Assembly (NCBI GenBank): GCA_021821305.1
Contig: JAKACP010000001.1
Coordinates: 404,349 to 468,348, forward strand
From: a bacterium
GTDB lineage: Bacteria > Patescibacteriota > Minisyncoccia > Moranbacterales > UBA1568
DNA length: 64,000 nt
Direction: 5' to 3'
The translations under genes and the position numbers were made by a program. The first letter of the stretch is position 1, and every line of letters begins with the position of its first letter. Below the pieces are notes generated by a model. The model was not told the origin of the DNA. It ran no database searches and saw nothing but the letters and a program-made list of their open reading frames with translations. Below, one piece after another: positions 26,866 to 37,143 of the stretch.

Positions 26866-27270
26866 ATGTCTGAAGCGAAACAGCCCCATTTCGGGGAACA
26901 TCTGACCATCGATGGGTACGGCGGATCATACGAGAAGCTGAATGATCGGGACCTCATCCTCTCCTGTCTCTCGGAACTCCCGGGGAAACTCGGGATGCAT
27001 CCCCTCGCCGAACCCGTGGTATATGCCGCGGCGGACAATCAGATCAAGGATCCCGGCGGCTGGAGCGGATTCGTCGTCATCGCGGAGAGCCATATCAGTA
27101 TTCACACCTTCCCGAAACGGCGATTCGTCAGCATCGATGCCTACACCTGCAAGAACGGCATCGATCAGTCCGTCATCGAACGATATTTCCAGGAAGCGTT
27201 CTCCCTCGAGGACATGGAAACCAATTTCATCATCCGTGGGAAAAAATATCCGCAGGAAAACCTCGCATAA
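26866..27270 (+). CDS. speH: S-adenosylmethionine decarboxylase proenzyme (pyruvoyl-dependent, SpeH type)
   Basis: Self-processing site motif VIAES|HISIHTFP matches the ESH serinolysis site of class 1 AdoMetDC. The downstream YTCKNGIDQ is conserved. An alternative GTG start at 26839 coincides with the transcription start (leaderless option). Confidence 0.8.
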   Translation: MSEAKQPHFGEHLTIDGYGGSYEKLNDRDLILSCLSELPGKLGMHPLAEPVVYAAADNQIKDPGGWSGFVVIAESHISIHTFPKRRFVSIDAYTCKNGIDQSVIERYFQEAFSLEDMETNFIIRGKKYPQENLA

Positions 27271-27336
27271 AAACACCAACACCTTCTTCTTGTAGTCGAC
27301 TTTCGGTTCTTTTAAAATTTTTCAGAGGAGGCAATC

Positions 27337-27891
27337 ATGCCGAAATGGATCAAGTGGTTCGTGGGAGCGGCATTCGCGCTTGCCGTGGTTCTCGGGTTCG
27401 CGAGTGTCGTCGCCGGGGAGTACTGGTGGATCAGTCTGCTCGTCAACGTGACGACGGTCGTCGCGTGGGCACTCGGAATCGTCATCAGTATCGTTGCGGT
27501 CGCCAAAGGCAGTGCCATGAAAGAGAAGATGGGTGTTTCGCTCCGAGTGTACCTGTCACTCGTGGCGACGACCGAGATCCTCTACACGGTCGGAGCGCTC
27601 ATGATCCTCTCGTCGATGGGGGTCAATGTCATACAACACCTGGCGGATCGCGATTTCTGGAAATTCTACGAGATCATGAGCCAGTTCGACGTGACGACCA
27701 TCGAGATCATCGGGGCGGTCGGCTGGGCCGGGTTCGTCATCAACCGGGGGGTGTCGTTCCTGAGTCCCGGCTATCTCCTGATGGCCGGGGGAACGAAACT
27801 TCATCCGTATTTCCGGGTCTCGGCCTGGACGGAAATCCTGCTCGAGATCGCGACGACGATCCTCATTTTTCTCTCGCTCTGGTTCAAATGA
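27337..27891 (+). CDS. Hypothetical polytopic membrane protein (184 aa, about 6 TM)
   Basis: Strong RBS gaggagg lies 5 nt before the ATG. A terminator follows. No family recognised. Confidence 0.6.
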   Translation: MPKWIKWFVGAAFALAVVLGFASVVAGEYWWISLLVNVTTVVAWALGIVISIVAVAKGSAMKEKMGVSLRVYLSLVATTEILYTVGALMILSSMGVNVIQHLADRDFWKFYEIMSQFDVTTIEIIGAVGWAGFVINRGVSFLSPGYLLMAGGTKLHPYFRVSAWTEILLEIATTILIFLSLWFK

Positions 27892-27892
27892 C

Positions 27893-27940
27893 CGGGCAAA
27901 AAAACACGGGAAAGCGAATTATTCGCTTTCCCGTTTTTGT
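27893..27940. terminator. Bidirectional rho-independent terminator
   Basis: Hairpin gggaaagcgaa-tta-ttcgctttccc is flanked by an A-run (27895-27903) and a T-run (27932-40). It ends the + gene at 27891 and the - gene at 27940. Confidence 0.75.
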
Positions 27941-28665
27941 TAACGAAGCATGACTTTTGCAGTCACGAACTGTGCAAGTTTCGTGAGCATCTTCATGCGG
28001 TGGGCATATCTGTAGAAAGAGCTTTCCCAGAGCATAAGCACTCCGTAATCGAGACTGTCCGGATCCTCCATATACCCGGGGATGATTTTCACGATACGGA
28101 AGCCGTTCGACTGATAGAGTCTGATTTCCGGGTCGCGGGTCTTGCCATCGCGGTTTTTCCCAAGAACATAATCCTCGATACTCATCTTATCGGCGTATTT
28201 ATGGTAGCTCGGAATACGAGAACCAAGGAATACTCCTTTCTTTCCGGCGAGAATTCCCGAGATGAGAAAAGATGTGCTGATGAGTCTTTCCGAGACATTG
28301 TTTCCCTGACTGTCGGGGGAAACCGAGAGGTCTACGCCGAAGGCATATTCGCCACTTTCATCATGTCCCGCCAACGTTCCGTTACTGCTGATTTCATCCC
28401 AGTTTTGGCAGCTCATGATGGAGTCTTCAGTTTTGTAGACAAAGGTCACCGTGCCGATTATTTTTCCCCCCTTGAGCGCACAGTAGAGGAGATCAGGATT
28501 TTTCAATTGCAATTCCATCTTCTCTTCATCCCAGACATATCTCTGTGGAACCGGTGGCGGCCACGCCGCCTTGTTTACATCAACAAAACCCTGGATAAGC
28601 TTTGACCGGGGGTAGCCGGTCGCAAGCAATTCTGAGGCACGAAATATCCTGATTTTTTCGCTCAC
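27940..28665 (-). CDS. GNAT-family N-acyltransferase (putative)
   Basis: C-terminal YQSNGFRIVKIIPGY resembles the GNAT motif B (Y-x-K-x-GF). The central FGVDLSVSPDSQGNNVSERLI resembles the acyl-CoA binding motif A. Local GC is about 45%, well below the window average. Confidence 0.45.
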   Translation of the reverse strand: MSEKIRIFRASELLATGYPRSKLIQGFVDVNKAAWPPPVPQRYVWDEEKMELQLKNPDLLYCALKGGKIIGTVTFVYKTEDSIMSCQNWDEISSNGTLAGHDESGEYAFGVDLSVSPDSQGNNVSERLISTSFLISGILAGKKGVFLGSRIPSYHKYADKMSIEDYVLGKNRDGKTRDPEIRLYQSNGFRIVKIIPGYMEDPDSLDYGVLMLWESSFYRYAHRMKMLTKLAQFVTAKVMLR

Positions 28666-28800
28666 GGGCGACTCCTTTCTTCCATGTTGTAAATGTGCAT
28701 CAGGTTATTCTAACACGAATACAATCAGTTGTCAATAATGAAAGTCATATGGAGTATAGTATAATTTCAAAAACAATCCGTGTAATGTACCAAAAAATAC

Positions 28801-30429
28801 ATGCTCTTCGAAGGTGACTTGATTATGCTGTTCGTTGTAGCTTTTTTGCTTCTTTTTCTTGGCGGATTTGTTGTCTATAAAAATCCGAAAAGTTGGGTAC
28901 ACAGGAGTTATGCCTTGCTATCCTTTTCTCTGCTCGTTTGGATTTTTTCCTCATATTTTGAAGATACTGTCGCCAGTCCCTTCTATGGAGATCTGCTGTT
29001 GCGCGTCGACTTCTCGTCCGCATTGTTCGCTGCTTTCTTCTTGTTGCTCTTCTGCTTTGAGCTTTCCAAAAAGATCATAGACAGATTTTCCTATTTTCGG
29101 TGGGCGATTTTTCTCTTTCCCGTAGTTGGTTCTTTGCTTATATTTTTTTCTGATTACGTCATAAGCGGATTTTATACCGATTCGTTCGGAGTCCTGATTC
29201 CGACTTTTGGCATGTTCGGATTCATGTATAATTTTTTGATCGTAGCGATTTCGCTTATCAGTATCAGCCTGATCGTTTACGAGTATAAGTCCGCCGGCCA
29301 GGCCGAAAAGGCGCAATACATATATCTGCTTATCGGGATCTCCCTGACGGTTACGGTCGCCTTACTTACGAATATTCTTTTGACCGATTACATAAAGAAT
29401 AGTCCGGACTACGGAGTCTATAGCCGTCTGGGCATTTTCAGCTCCGTTTTCATAGCGATATTTCCTGGATACGCGATGTTGAGATATCGCCTGCTCAACA
29501 TGAAAGTCATTGCCACGGAATCCCTTTCTTTCATCATTCTTCTGGTCACGTTCGTACAGATTTTTCTTGCCGAAAACCCCTATCAGCTGCTTATACGAGG
29601 ACTTGTATTCATGGCGATGCTTGTCCTCATCGGCATGCTTCTGAAATCGGTCGAGACTGAAGTCGAGCGCAAGGAGGAACTGCAGGAGATGGCGAACAAA
29701 CTCGCGATAACGAACGAGGAGCTCAAGCGTCTCGACAATTCGAAATCCGAGTTCATCTCGATCGCCTCGCACCAGCTGCGCACCCCGCTCACCGCGATCA
29801 AGGGGTTCCTCTCGCTCATCCTCGAGGGATCGTACGGCAAGATCACTCCGCAGATCGAGGACGTGATCAACAAGGTGTACTCGGCCAACGGCCACCTCGT
29901 CGAGCTTGTGGAGAATCTCCTCAACGTCTCGCGCATCGATTCGGGACGCATCCAGTATCAGTTCGCGCCCGCGGATATCACCGAGGTCATCCGTGAGCTC
30001 GCCGATTCGATGACGATCATCGCCAAAGGCAGGGGCCTCGCGCTCTCGTTCACGTATCCGGAGCGACCGATCGAGCCTTTCGACATGGACGTGCAGAAAA
30101 TCCGCGAAGTCGTCTCCAATCTCATCGACAACGCCATCAAATACACCAAGGAAGGAAGCATCGCGGTTTCCCTCGAGCGGCGGGGCGATACGGCCCGGAT
30201 CACCGTCTCGGATACGGGTATCGGTATCGCGCCGGAGGACATCCATCAGCTGTTCCAGAAGTTCCGTCGCGGCGCCGGCGCGGGCAAGGTGAACGTCTCG
30301 GGGACCGGGCTCGGTCTCTATGTGGCCAAATCCTTCGTCGACGCGCACGGCGGCAGTCTCTCCATCGAGTCGGATGGTGTCGGCAAAGGCTCGCGGTTCA
30401 TCGTCGAACTTCCCCTCCGGAAGAAGTAG
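28801..30429 (+). CDS. Sensor histidine kinase (multi-TM sensor domain + HisKA + HATPase_c)
   Basis: About 8 N-terminal TM helices (low-GC, Phe/Ile-rich), a coiled coil, H-box EFISIASHQLRTPLTAIKGF, N-box NLIDNAIKYT, G-boxes DTGIGI and GTGLGLYVAKSFVDAHGG. An alternative ATG is at 28826. Confidence 0.85.
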   Translation: MLFEGDLIMLFVVAFLLLFLGGFVVYKNPKSWVHRSYALLSFSLLVWIFSSYFEDTVASPFYGDLLLRVDFSSALFAAFFLLLFCFELSKKIIDRFSYFRWAIFLFPVVGSLLIFFSDYVISGFYTDSFGVLIPTFGMFGFMYNFLIVAISLISISLIVYEYKSAGQAEKAQYIYLLIGISLTVTVALLTNILLTDYIKNSPDYGVYSRLGIFSSVFIAIFPGYAMLRYRLLNMKVIATESLSFIILLVTFVQIFLAENPYQLLIRGLVFMAMLVLIGMLLKSVETEVERKEELQEMANKLAITNEELKRLDNSKSEFISIASHQLRTPLTAIKGFLSLILEGSYGKITPQIEDVINKVYSANGHLVELVENLLNVSRIDSGRIQYQFAPADITEVIRELADSMTIIAKGRGLALSFTYPERPIEPFDMDVQKIREVVSNLIDNAIKYTKEGSIAVSLERRGDTARITVSDTGIGIAPEDIHQLFQKFRRGAGAGKVNVSGTGLGLYVAKSFVDAHGGSLSIESDGVGKGSRFIVELPLRKK

Positions 30430-30499
30430 CCCTCCGCGGGGAAGCGTTTGCCTCGGCGGAGACCCTCTGGTATCCTGAAGAACATCCTAATAACACCAT

Positions 30500-31300
30500 A
30501 TGCCGAAAATACTGCTGGTCGAGGACGATCCGCTCATAGCGGAAATCTATGTGAAGAAATTCGAAACGGCCGATTACGAGGTGGTCAACGTGACGACCGG
30601 AAAAGCCGTGCTGAAGGCGGTCGAGGAAGGCCCGTTCGATCTCGTGCTGCTCGATCTCGTCATACCGGAAATGGGCGGGATGGAGGTGCTCAAGGAGCTT
30701 CGGACGAACGCGAAATACCCATCCGATCTCAAGGTCGTCGTCTTCAGCAATCTTTCCGACCCGGAAGACCGGAAAAAGGCCATCGATCTCGGGGCCAACG
30801 GTTTCATCCAGAAAACCGACTACACCCCGTCCAAACTGATCCTCGAAGTGGAGCGACTCCTCCGGCTCTTCGAGGAGCAGGGTAGGAACGAGACGAGATC
30901 CGATGCACCGCCCGCGAAGAACGGCAAGCGGATCCTGTTCATCGAGGATGAGCCGGTATTCGTCGACATGTTCGGACGCCGACTCGCCCAGGACGGTTAC
31001 GAGATCGTCCCGCACGGGCATGGCGTCTCGGCGGTCGAGGCGGCGATGAAGGAGCATTTCGATCTCGTCATCACCGATGCGATGCTCCCGAACATGACGG
31101 GGCAGGAAGTGATCGAACGGCTCAAGTCCGATGACCGGACCAAACATATCCCGATATTCCTCCTGTCCGCCTCGCTCGAGGCGGAGGAGATGGAGAGATT
31201 GTCTCAGTCGGACGACGTCTTCAAGGCGTTTCTCAAGACGCAGATCACGCCCACGGAACTCGCCCGCGAGGTGAGCCTTTTGTTCAAGAATAACGGATAA
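30500..31300 (+). CDS. Response regulator with two tandem receiver (REC) domains and no output domain
   Basis: REC1: ILLVEDDPLIAEIY...DLVLLDLVIPEMGG...KVVVFSN. REC2: RILFIEDEPVFVDM...DLVITDAMLPNMTG...PIFLLSA. Both carry the phospho-acceptor Asp context. Lies 70 nt downstream of the kinase. Confidence 0.85.
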   Translation: MPKILLVEDDPLIAEIYVKKFETADYEVVNVTTGKAVLKAVEEGPFDLVLLDLVIPEMGGMEVLKELRTNAKYPSDLKVVVFSNLSDPEDRKKAIDLGANGFIQKTDYTPSKLILEVERLLRLFEEQGRNETRSDAPPAKNGKRILFIEDEPVFVDMFGRRLAQDGYEIVPHGHGVSAVEAAMKEHFDLVITDAMLPNMTGQEVIERLKSDDRTKHIPIFLLSASLEAEEMERLSQSDDVFKAFLKTQITPTELAREVSLLFKNNG

Positions 31301-31305
31301 GGTAT

Positions 31306-32631
31306 ATGAAGGGGAGACTGCTCATCGCCGAGACGCCGCGGCATATCGGCGAAACCGTGACGATAGCCGGCTGGGTGTCGGTCCGTCGCGATCATGGCAA
31401 GCTCATATTTCTCGATATCCGCGATCGGAGCGGATCGGTGCAGGCGATCGTGCTCCCGTCCGCGGGCCCGGCCTATGAGGCGGCGCAGGAAATCCGGAGC
31501 GAACACGTCGTCGCGATCGAGGGACTCGTGAAGGAACGTCCCGGCGGAGCGGAAAAGGCCGGCTCGGCCCTCGGTGGCATCGAGCTGGAAATCTCCGCGA
31601 TACGGACGATATCCGCTCCGGCGGAGACGCTTCCGTTCGAGATCTCCGTCCCCGAGCTCGACCTCAACCTCGATACGCTGCTCGACCATCGGACGATCGC
31701 GCTCCGGAACGCCAGACTGCAGGCGATCTTCAGGATATATTCCACGATGCTCTCCGCCTATGCCGCGCGGATGCGTGCCGCCGATTTCCTCGAGATCAAG
31801 ACGCCCAAGCTCGTCGGTTCCGCCACCGAAGGCGGCGCCAACTTCTTCACCGTCAACTATTTCGACCGCAAGGCCTATCTCGCGCAGAGCCCGCAATTCT
31901 ACAAGCAGGCGGGCATTTCGATATTCGAGCGGGTATTCGAGGTCGGATCCGTGTTCCGAGCCGAGCCGCACTTCACGACCCGCCATGTCAACGAGTACGT
32001 CGGACTCGACGCCGAACTCGGATTCATCTCGGATTTTTCCGAAGTGATGGACGAGCTCGAGGCGACGATCAAGTACGTGTTCGCGGAAATCGGCAAGGAG
32101 CGAGCCTCGGAACTCGCCCTCTACGGGGCGGCGCTTCCGGCGGATGTGCCGATTCCGCGCCTACGGCTTTCCGAAGCGGTCGATATCCTCAGGGAATCGT
32201 ACGGCAAGGAAATAGAAGGCGGCGACATCGACGCCGAGGGCGAGCGGATGATCGGGGAATACGTGAAGGAGAAATTCGGTTCCGATTTCGTCTTCCTCAC
32301 GCACTATCCGACGGCGCTCCGGCCTTTCTATACCATGCCGAGCGCGGATGACCCGAGCGTGACGGAGAGTTTCGATCTCATCTACCGCGGGCTCGAGATC
32401 GCGAGCGGCGGACAGCGCATCCACGATTACGCACAACTCTCGGAAAGCATCAGGAGCCGCGGCATGAACCCGGACGATTTCGCCTCGTACCTCGACGTGT
32501 TCCGCTACGGGTGCCCGCCGCACGGAGGGTGGGGCCTCGGGTCGGAACGCATCGTCCAGAAGCTCCTCGGCCTCGGAAGCATCAAGGAGGCCATCCTGTA
32601 TCCGCGCGACGTGAAGCGGCTTTCGCCGTAA
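31306..32631 (+). CDS. aspS: Aspartyl-tRNA synthetase, archaeal/eukaryal type (short, no GAD insertion; probably non-discriminating)
   Basis: 441 aa. N-terminal OB anticodon-binding domain. AQSPQFYKQ (AspRS flipping-loop motif). Class II motif 2 FRAEPHFTTRHVNEYVGLD and motif 3 GCPPHGGWGLGSERIVQ. A short AsnRS cannot be excluded from sequence alone, but gatCA presence favours ND-AspRS. Confidence 0.75.
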   Translation: MKGRLLIAETPRHIGETVTIAGWVSVRRDHGKLIFLDIRDRSGSVQAIVLPSAGPAYEAAQEIRSEHVVAIEGLVKERPGGAEKAGSALGGIELEISAIRTISAPAETLPFEISVPELDLNLDTLLDHRTIALRNARLQAIFRIYSTMLSAYAARMRAADFLEIKTPKLVGSATEGGANFFTVNYFDRKAYLAQSPQFYKQAGISIFERVFEVGSVFRAEPHFTTRHVNEYVGLDAELGFISDFSEVMDELEATIKYVFAEIGKERASELALYGAALPADVPIPRLRLSEAVDILRESYGKEIEGGDIDAEGERMIGEYVKEKFGSDFVFLTHYPTALRPFYTMPSADDPSVTESFDLIYRGLEIASGGQRIHDYAQLSESIRSRGMNPDDFASYLDVFRYGCPPHGGWGLGSERIVQKLLGLGSIKEAILYPRDVKRLSP

Positions 32632-32702
32632 AACCTTCCTGGCTGGATATTTTTCCGAAAGCACGGTACAATGGGGCGTACTTCTTTTGACGTGGAAACC
32701 TG

Positions 32703-33788
32703 ATGGCACGCTCTCTCGACACCCTTAAACGAGGCATTTCCGACGGATTTTTCGGCCGTTTTTCGCTGGACATCGGCATCGATCTCGGTACCGCCAATAC
32801 GCTCGTCTACGTGAAGGGGCGGGGTATCATCATCAACGAGCCTTCGATCGTGGCCGTCAATCAGCGGACGGGACAGATCCTCGCGATCGGCAAACAGGCA
32901 CGGAAGATGGTCGGAAAGACCCCGGCGCATATCGTCGTGACCCGGCCGCTCGTCAACGGCGTCATCTCCGATTTCGAGGTGACCCAGCAGATGCTCCGAT
33001 ACTTCATCGGCAAGGTGCATCAGGGGAACATGATGTTCCTTCGTCGTCCGCGCGTGCTCATCGGTATCCCGTCGGGCGTCACGGAAGTGGAGAAACGCGC
33101 GGTGGTGGAAGCGGCGCAGAACGCGGGCGCGCGCGAGGCGTTTCTCATCGACGAGCCGATGGCGGCCGCGATCGGCGCCCGGCTTCCCGTGACGGAAGCG
33201 GCCGGCAACATGGTCGTCGATATCGGCGGCGGGACGACCGAGATCGCGGTGATCTCGCTCGGCGGCGTCGTCCTGTCGCGCAGTCTCCGGATCGCGGGGG
33301 ACAAGATGAACCAGGACATCGTCCGCTATTGCCGCGACGAGTTCAACCTGCTCGTCGGCGAGCGGACGGCGGAAGAGGCCAAGATCGCCATCGGGAGCGC
33401 TTTCCCGCTCCGCGAGAAGCTCACGATGCCGATACGCGGACGGGACCTCGTCTCCGGACTGCCCAAGGAGGTGATCGTCACCGACGAACATATACGCGAG
33501 GCGCTTTCACACTCGATCCGCGTCATCACCAATACCATCAAGACTATCGTCGAGGAGACGCCGCCGGAGCTCATCTCCGACGTCATGGGGCGTGGCATCA
33601 TCCTCGCCGGCGGCGGCAGTCTGATCCGCGGTATCGACAAGCTGTTCGCCAACCAGACGAGTATCCCGGTCCGGCTCATGGAGGATCCGCTCACCGCCGT
33701 CGTGCGCGGCACGGGTATCGTGCTCGATGACATGGACGGCCTCAAGGAAGTGCTTATCGAGACGGAGTCCGCCGGCGCGCTCCGATAA
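32703..33788 (+). CDS. mreB: Rod shape-determining protein MreB (actin homolog)
   Basis: Phosphate-1 motif IGIDLGTANTLVYV. DIGGGTTEIAV and the adenosine motif are present. Conserved gene order: mreC follows. Confidence 0.95.
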   Translation: MARSLDTLKRGISDGFFGRFSLDIGIDLGTANTLVYVKGRGIIINEPSIVAVNQRTGQILAIGKQARKMVGKTPAHIVVTRPLVNGVISDFEVTQQMLRYFIGKVHQGNMMFLRRPRVLIGIPSGVTEVEKRAVVEAAQNAGAREAFLIDEPMAAAIGARLPVTEAAGNMVVDIGGGTTEIAVISLGGVVLSRSLRIAGDKMNQDIVRYCRDEFNLLVGERTAEEAKIAIGSAFPLREKLTMPIRGRDLVSGLPKEVIVTDEHIREALSHSIRVITNTIKTIVEETPPELISDVMGRGIILAGGGSLIRGIDKLFANQTSIPVRLMEDPLTAVVRGTGIVLDDMDGLKEVLIETESAGALR

Positions 33789-33812
33789 GAGTCTGTCCGA
33801 TATCTCACTATT

Positions 33813-34631
33813 ATGACGCACTCAAGGGGGTTTTCTCGATCAAAATTGCTTCGGACCCTGATCGCGCTCTCGATACTGATCGGCATCGCGGTGTGGAATC
33901 CGGATCCCGTATCCTCGCTCGTCCGCGGTGTGTTCCATACCGTGCTGTGGCCGTTCGAGAAATCTTTTTCCTTCGTGGCCTTCGAGCTCCGTGACGCCCG
34001 GGACTTCGTCTCGTCCATAGGGGAGCTGAAACGCGAGAACGAGTCGCTCGCCGACGAGAACCTGAAGCTCCGGGCGGAAAACGCGTCGCTCGCGTTCCTT
34101 CGCGATGAGAACGAGGCGCTCCGGAAATCGGCCGGGGTCGAGATCCGGAAAAGATTCGATCTGTTTCCGGGCGAAGTCATCGGCCAGGGTGGCGAGGCGC
34201 AGTTGGGCGCGCTCATCATCGACCGTGGCGCCGTCCACGGGGTCCGGACCGGCATGCCGGCCGTCGTGGGTGAGGGAGTGCTCGTCGGCGTCGTCGACGA
34301 GGTCTATCCGGCGAGTGCCCGGGTGACGCTCCTTTCCAGCTCGCAGAGCACCATCGGGGCGATGACGGTGGAACATTCGGCCAAGGGCATCGCCCGCGGC
34401 GATCGCGGGCTCGGTATCGCCTATGACATGGTGCTCCAGAGCGATACGCTCCGCTCGGGAGACCGGGTCGTCACCTCCGGTGTCGGGGGTTCGATACCGT
34501 CCGGACTGCTCATCGGCACCGTGGGCCAGGTCCGTGACTCCGAGGACCGACTCTTTCGTCGGGCGAATATCGTCCCTCCTATGGATCTCGAATCGCTCCG
34601 GTTCGTCTTTCTCATCAAGGAAACGAAATAA
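33813..34631 (+). CDS. mreC: Rod shape-determining protein MreC
   Basis: N-terminal TM, coiled coil (LKRENESLADENLKLRAENASLAFLRDENEALRK), and a C-terminal beta domain with G-rich motifs (VTSGVGGSIPSGLLIGTV). Confidence 0.85.
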   Translation: MTHSRGFSRSKLLRTLIALSILIGIAVWNPDPVSSLVRGVFHTVLWPFEKSFSFVAFELRDARDFVSSIGELKRENESLADENLKLRAENASLAFLRDENEALRKSAGVEIRKRFDLFPGEVIGQGGEAQLGALIIDRGAVHGVRTGMPAVVGEGVLVGVVDEVYPASARVTLLSSSQSTIGAMTVEHSAKGIARGDRGLGIAYDMVLQSDTLRSGDRVVTSGVGGSIPSGLLIGTVGQVRDSEDRLFRRANIVPPMDLESLRFVFLIKETK

Positions 34632-34633
34632 GT

Positions 34634-35173
34634 ATGAAAGTCACTTTGGTCCGATTCGTGTCTCTCCTTCTCCTGCTCGCCTTCGGATCGTCGGCGCTTT
34701 CCGTGTTCGCCCCGTCGTTGTCGTCCTTTCCCGTCTTCTTCTTCGCGCTCGCGGTCGCACTCGCGCTGTCCCGAGGATTCTTCGAGGCATTCCCGACCGC
34801 GCTCGTGGCCGGGCTTCTCGTCGACGTCTCGACGCTCGGGCGGATCGGGCTCGGAAGCGCCTTCATCGTCGGACTGGCGTATACGGCGAGTTTTTTCTCG
34901 CGACGGTTCGTCGTCGAGCACGGCGTGATGACCTATCTCTTTTCGGGATTGCTCGTCGGGGCGGTCGCGTTCGTGTATCCTTTTTTCGCCGGAGCCCTCC
35001 TCGACGGCCGCGATTTTTTCGGAGGCGGAGGTGCTTGGGCGCTCTTCTCATGGGGCAACGCGCTCTTCGCGTTCGGAGGCGGCGTCGTCCTCTTTCCGGC
35101 TGCGGCATGGCTCCTCCGCGTGTTCGATGAGCGCACCGCCTACCTCGATTCGCAGAATATCGTCCGCAGATAA
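34634..35173 (+). CDS. mreD: Rod shape-determining protein MreD (putative)
   Basis: Polytopic membrane protein of about 180 aa. It starts 3 nt after mreC and precedes PBP2. The assignment is mainly positional. Confidence 0.55.
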   Translation: MKVTLVRFVSLLLLLAFGSSALSVFAPSLSSFPVFFFALAVALALSRGFFEAFPTALVAGLLVDVSTLGRIGLGSAFIVGLAYTASFFSRRFVVEHGVMTYLFSGLLVGAVAFVYPFFAGALLDGRDFFGGGGAWALFSWGNALFAFGGGVVLFPAAAWLLRVFDERTAYLDSQNIVRR

Positions 35174-35191
35174 CGGATATCCCTTTTCCCC

Positions 35192-37084
35192 ATGTTCGGA
35201 AAAATACCACAAGATATCGGGAGTGAGATCGACGACGCGGTTCTGACCGTGACCGAAAAGGACGCGGCCAAACTGGAGTGGCCCCTCGATCGGCGATGGG
35301 CCTCGACGTATTTTCTCGTGGGAGCGGCGATCGTCCTACTTCTCTTCGGGAGAGCGGTCTATCTCAACGTGTTCCAAGGCGAGAAATACCGCGCGATCGC
35401 GGAACGCAACAGCGTCCGTCTCGTGCCTCTCCCGACGCCGAGAGGCATCGTGTATGACCGGTTCGGCGTCCCACTCGTCCGCAACCTTCCGAGTATCGAC
35501 GCGGTGCTCGTCCCGTTCGACGCACCGAAGGACACCGCCGGCCGGGAGGAGCTGAAGAGCGCGCTCGAGAGCACGCTTTCCATCGCGCCCGAATCGGTCG
35601 ACGCCGTCTTCGCGCTCGCCGTGAAGAATCCGCTCACGCCGGTACTCCTCAAGAAGAAGCTGTCCCAGGAGGAAGTGATCGCGATCCTGTCCCAGGAGGA
35701 GCGTTTCCCCGGGATCAATCTCTTCAAGTCGGCGTACCGGGAATACATGGACAGCGTCATGTTCTCGCATGTCCTCGGGTATGAGGGGAGGATCAGCGAG
35801 GGAGAATACGCCGCAAGCGCCGAGTCGGAGTATCTGCCCACGGATTCCGTCGGCAAGCAGGGGATCGAGAAGAGCTATGAGCGGGAGCTCCGCGGCGAGC
35901 GCGGATTCGAACGGGTGGAAGTCGACGCGTTCGGCCGACCGAAGAAGGTGCTCGGCACGGTCCAGTCGAAGGCGGGGAGCGATCTCCTTCTCTCCATCGA
36001 CGCCGAATTGCAGAAGCGGTCGTTCGACGCGCTCGCGTCGTTCCTGGAATCCAAGGGCCTCGAACGCGGCGCGGTGATCGCGCTCGATCCGCGCGACGGC
36101 GCGGTGCGCGCGCTCGTATCGATTCCGAGTTTCGACAACAACCTGTTCGCGGAGGGAATCTCTTCCGACGCGTACCGATCGCTCATCGAGGACGAGTCCA
36201 AGCCGCTTTTCAACCGGGCCATCGCCGGAGAGTATCCGCCCGGATCCACGTTCAAGCCGGTCATCGCGTCGGCCGCGCTCTCGGAACGCCTCATAAGCGA
36301 GGACACGCGCATCGAGTCCCGCGGCGGCATAGCGGTCGGCAGCTTTTTCTTCGGTGACTGGAAGGCGCACGGATTCACCGATCTGCGCGGCGCGCTCGCG
36401 GTGTCGAGCGACGTCTACTTCTACTCTATCGGCGGCGGATACGGGGGTATTCCGGGCCTCGGGATAGACCGGATGAAATCATACGCCGAGCGGTTCGGCT
36501 ACGGGAGTCCGTCCGGCATCGATATTCCCGGCGAGGGGGACGGATTTCTCCCCGATGGGGAATGGAAGAAGGAGCGCTTCGGCGAACGCTGGTACATAGG
36601 CGACGACTACCATGCGTCTATCGGGCAGGGTTTCGTCACGGCCACCCCGCTTCAGATCGCGAACTCGGTGGCGGCGATCGCCAACGGCGGCACGGTCTAC
36701 GAGCCGCATATCGTATCGCAGGTGCGCACCGTCGACGGCAAGATATCGGTGAAGGAGCCGAAGGCGATACGATCGGTCGGAATCGACCCGTATATCCTGC
36801 AGGTGGTCCGCGAGGGCATGCGCGAAGCGGTCACCGAGGGGACCGCGCAGTCGCTCGCGAGCCTGCCCGTTCCCGTCGCCGGAAAAACGGGAACCGCGCA
36901 GTTCGGGACGGGCAAGAAGACGCACGGATGGTTCGCTTCCTTCGCGCCCTATGACGAACCGGAGCTCGCCATGATCGTGCTCGTCGAGAACCAGGAAACG
37001 GATACGTACAACGCGGTTCCGGTGACCAAGGAAATCTATGAGTGGTATTTCCGGGAGCGGTCAAAACCGAGGACGGATCCCTGA
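35192..37084 (+). CDS. mrdA: Penicillin-binding protein 2 (peptidoglycan D,D-transpeptidase, elongasome)
   Basis: N-terminal TM plus dimerisation domain. Transpeptidase motifs STFKP (SxxK), SSD (SxN variant) and KTGTAQ. 630 aa. Confidence 0.9.
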   Translation: MFGKIPQDIGSEIDDAVLTVTEKDAAKLEWPLDRRWASTYFLVGAAIVLLLFGRAVYLNVFQGEKYRAIAERNSVRLVPLPTPRGIVYDRFGVPLVRNLPSIDAVLVPFDAPKDTAGREELKSALESTLSIAPESVDAVFALAVKNPLTPVLLKKKLSQEEVIAILSQEERFPGINLFKSAYREYMDSVMFSHVLGYEGRISEGEYAASAESEYLPTDSVGKQGIEKSYERELRGERGFERVEVDAFGRPKKVLGTVQSKAGSDLLLSIDAELQKRSFDALASFLESKGLERGAVIALDPRDGAVRALVSIPSFDNNLFAEGISSDAYRSLIEDESKPLFNRAIAGEYPPGSTFKPVIASAALSERLISEDTRIESRGGIAVGSFFFGDWKAHGFTDLRGALAVSSDVYFYSIGGGYGGIPGLGIDRMKSYAERFGYGSPSGIDIPGEGDGFLPDGEWKKERFGERWYIGDDYHASIGQGFVTATPLQIANSVAAIANGGTVYEPHIVSQVRTVDGKISVKEPKAIRSVGIDPYILQVVREGMREAVTEGTAQSLASLPVPVAGKTGTAQFGTGKKTHGWFASFAPYDEPELAMIVLVENQETDTYNAVPVTKEIYEWYFRERSKPRTDP

Positions 37085-37143
37085 TTGCCGCATCCTCTCA
37101 TGATCTCGTCCATGCTTCCGTATCCGTGTCCGTCCGTACGCTT

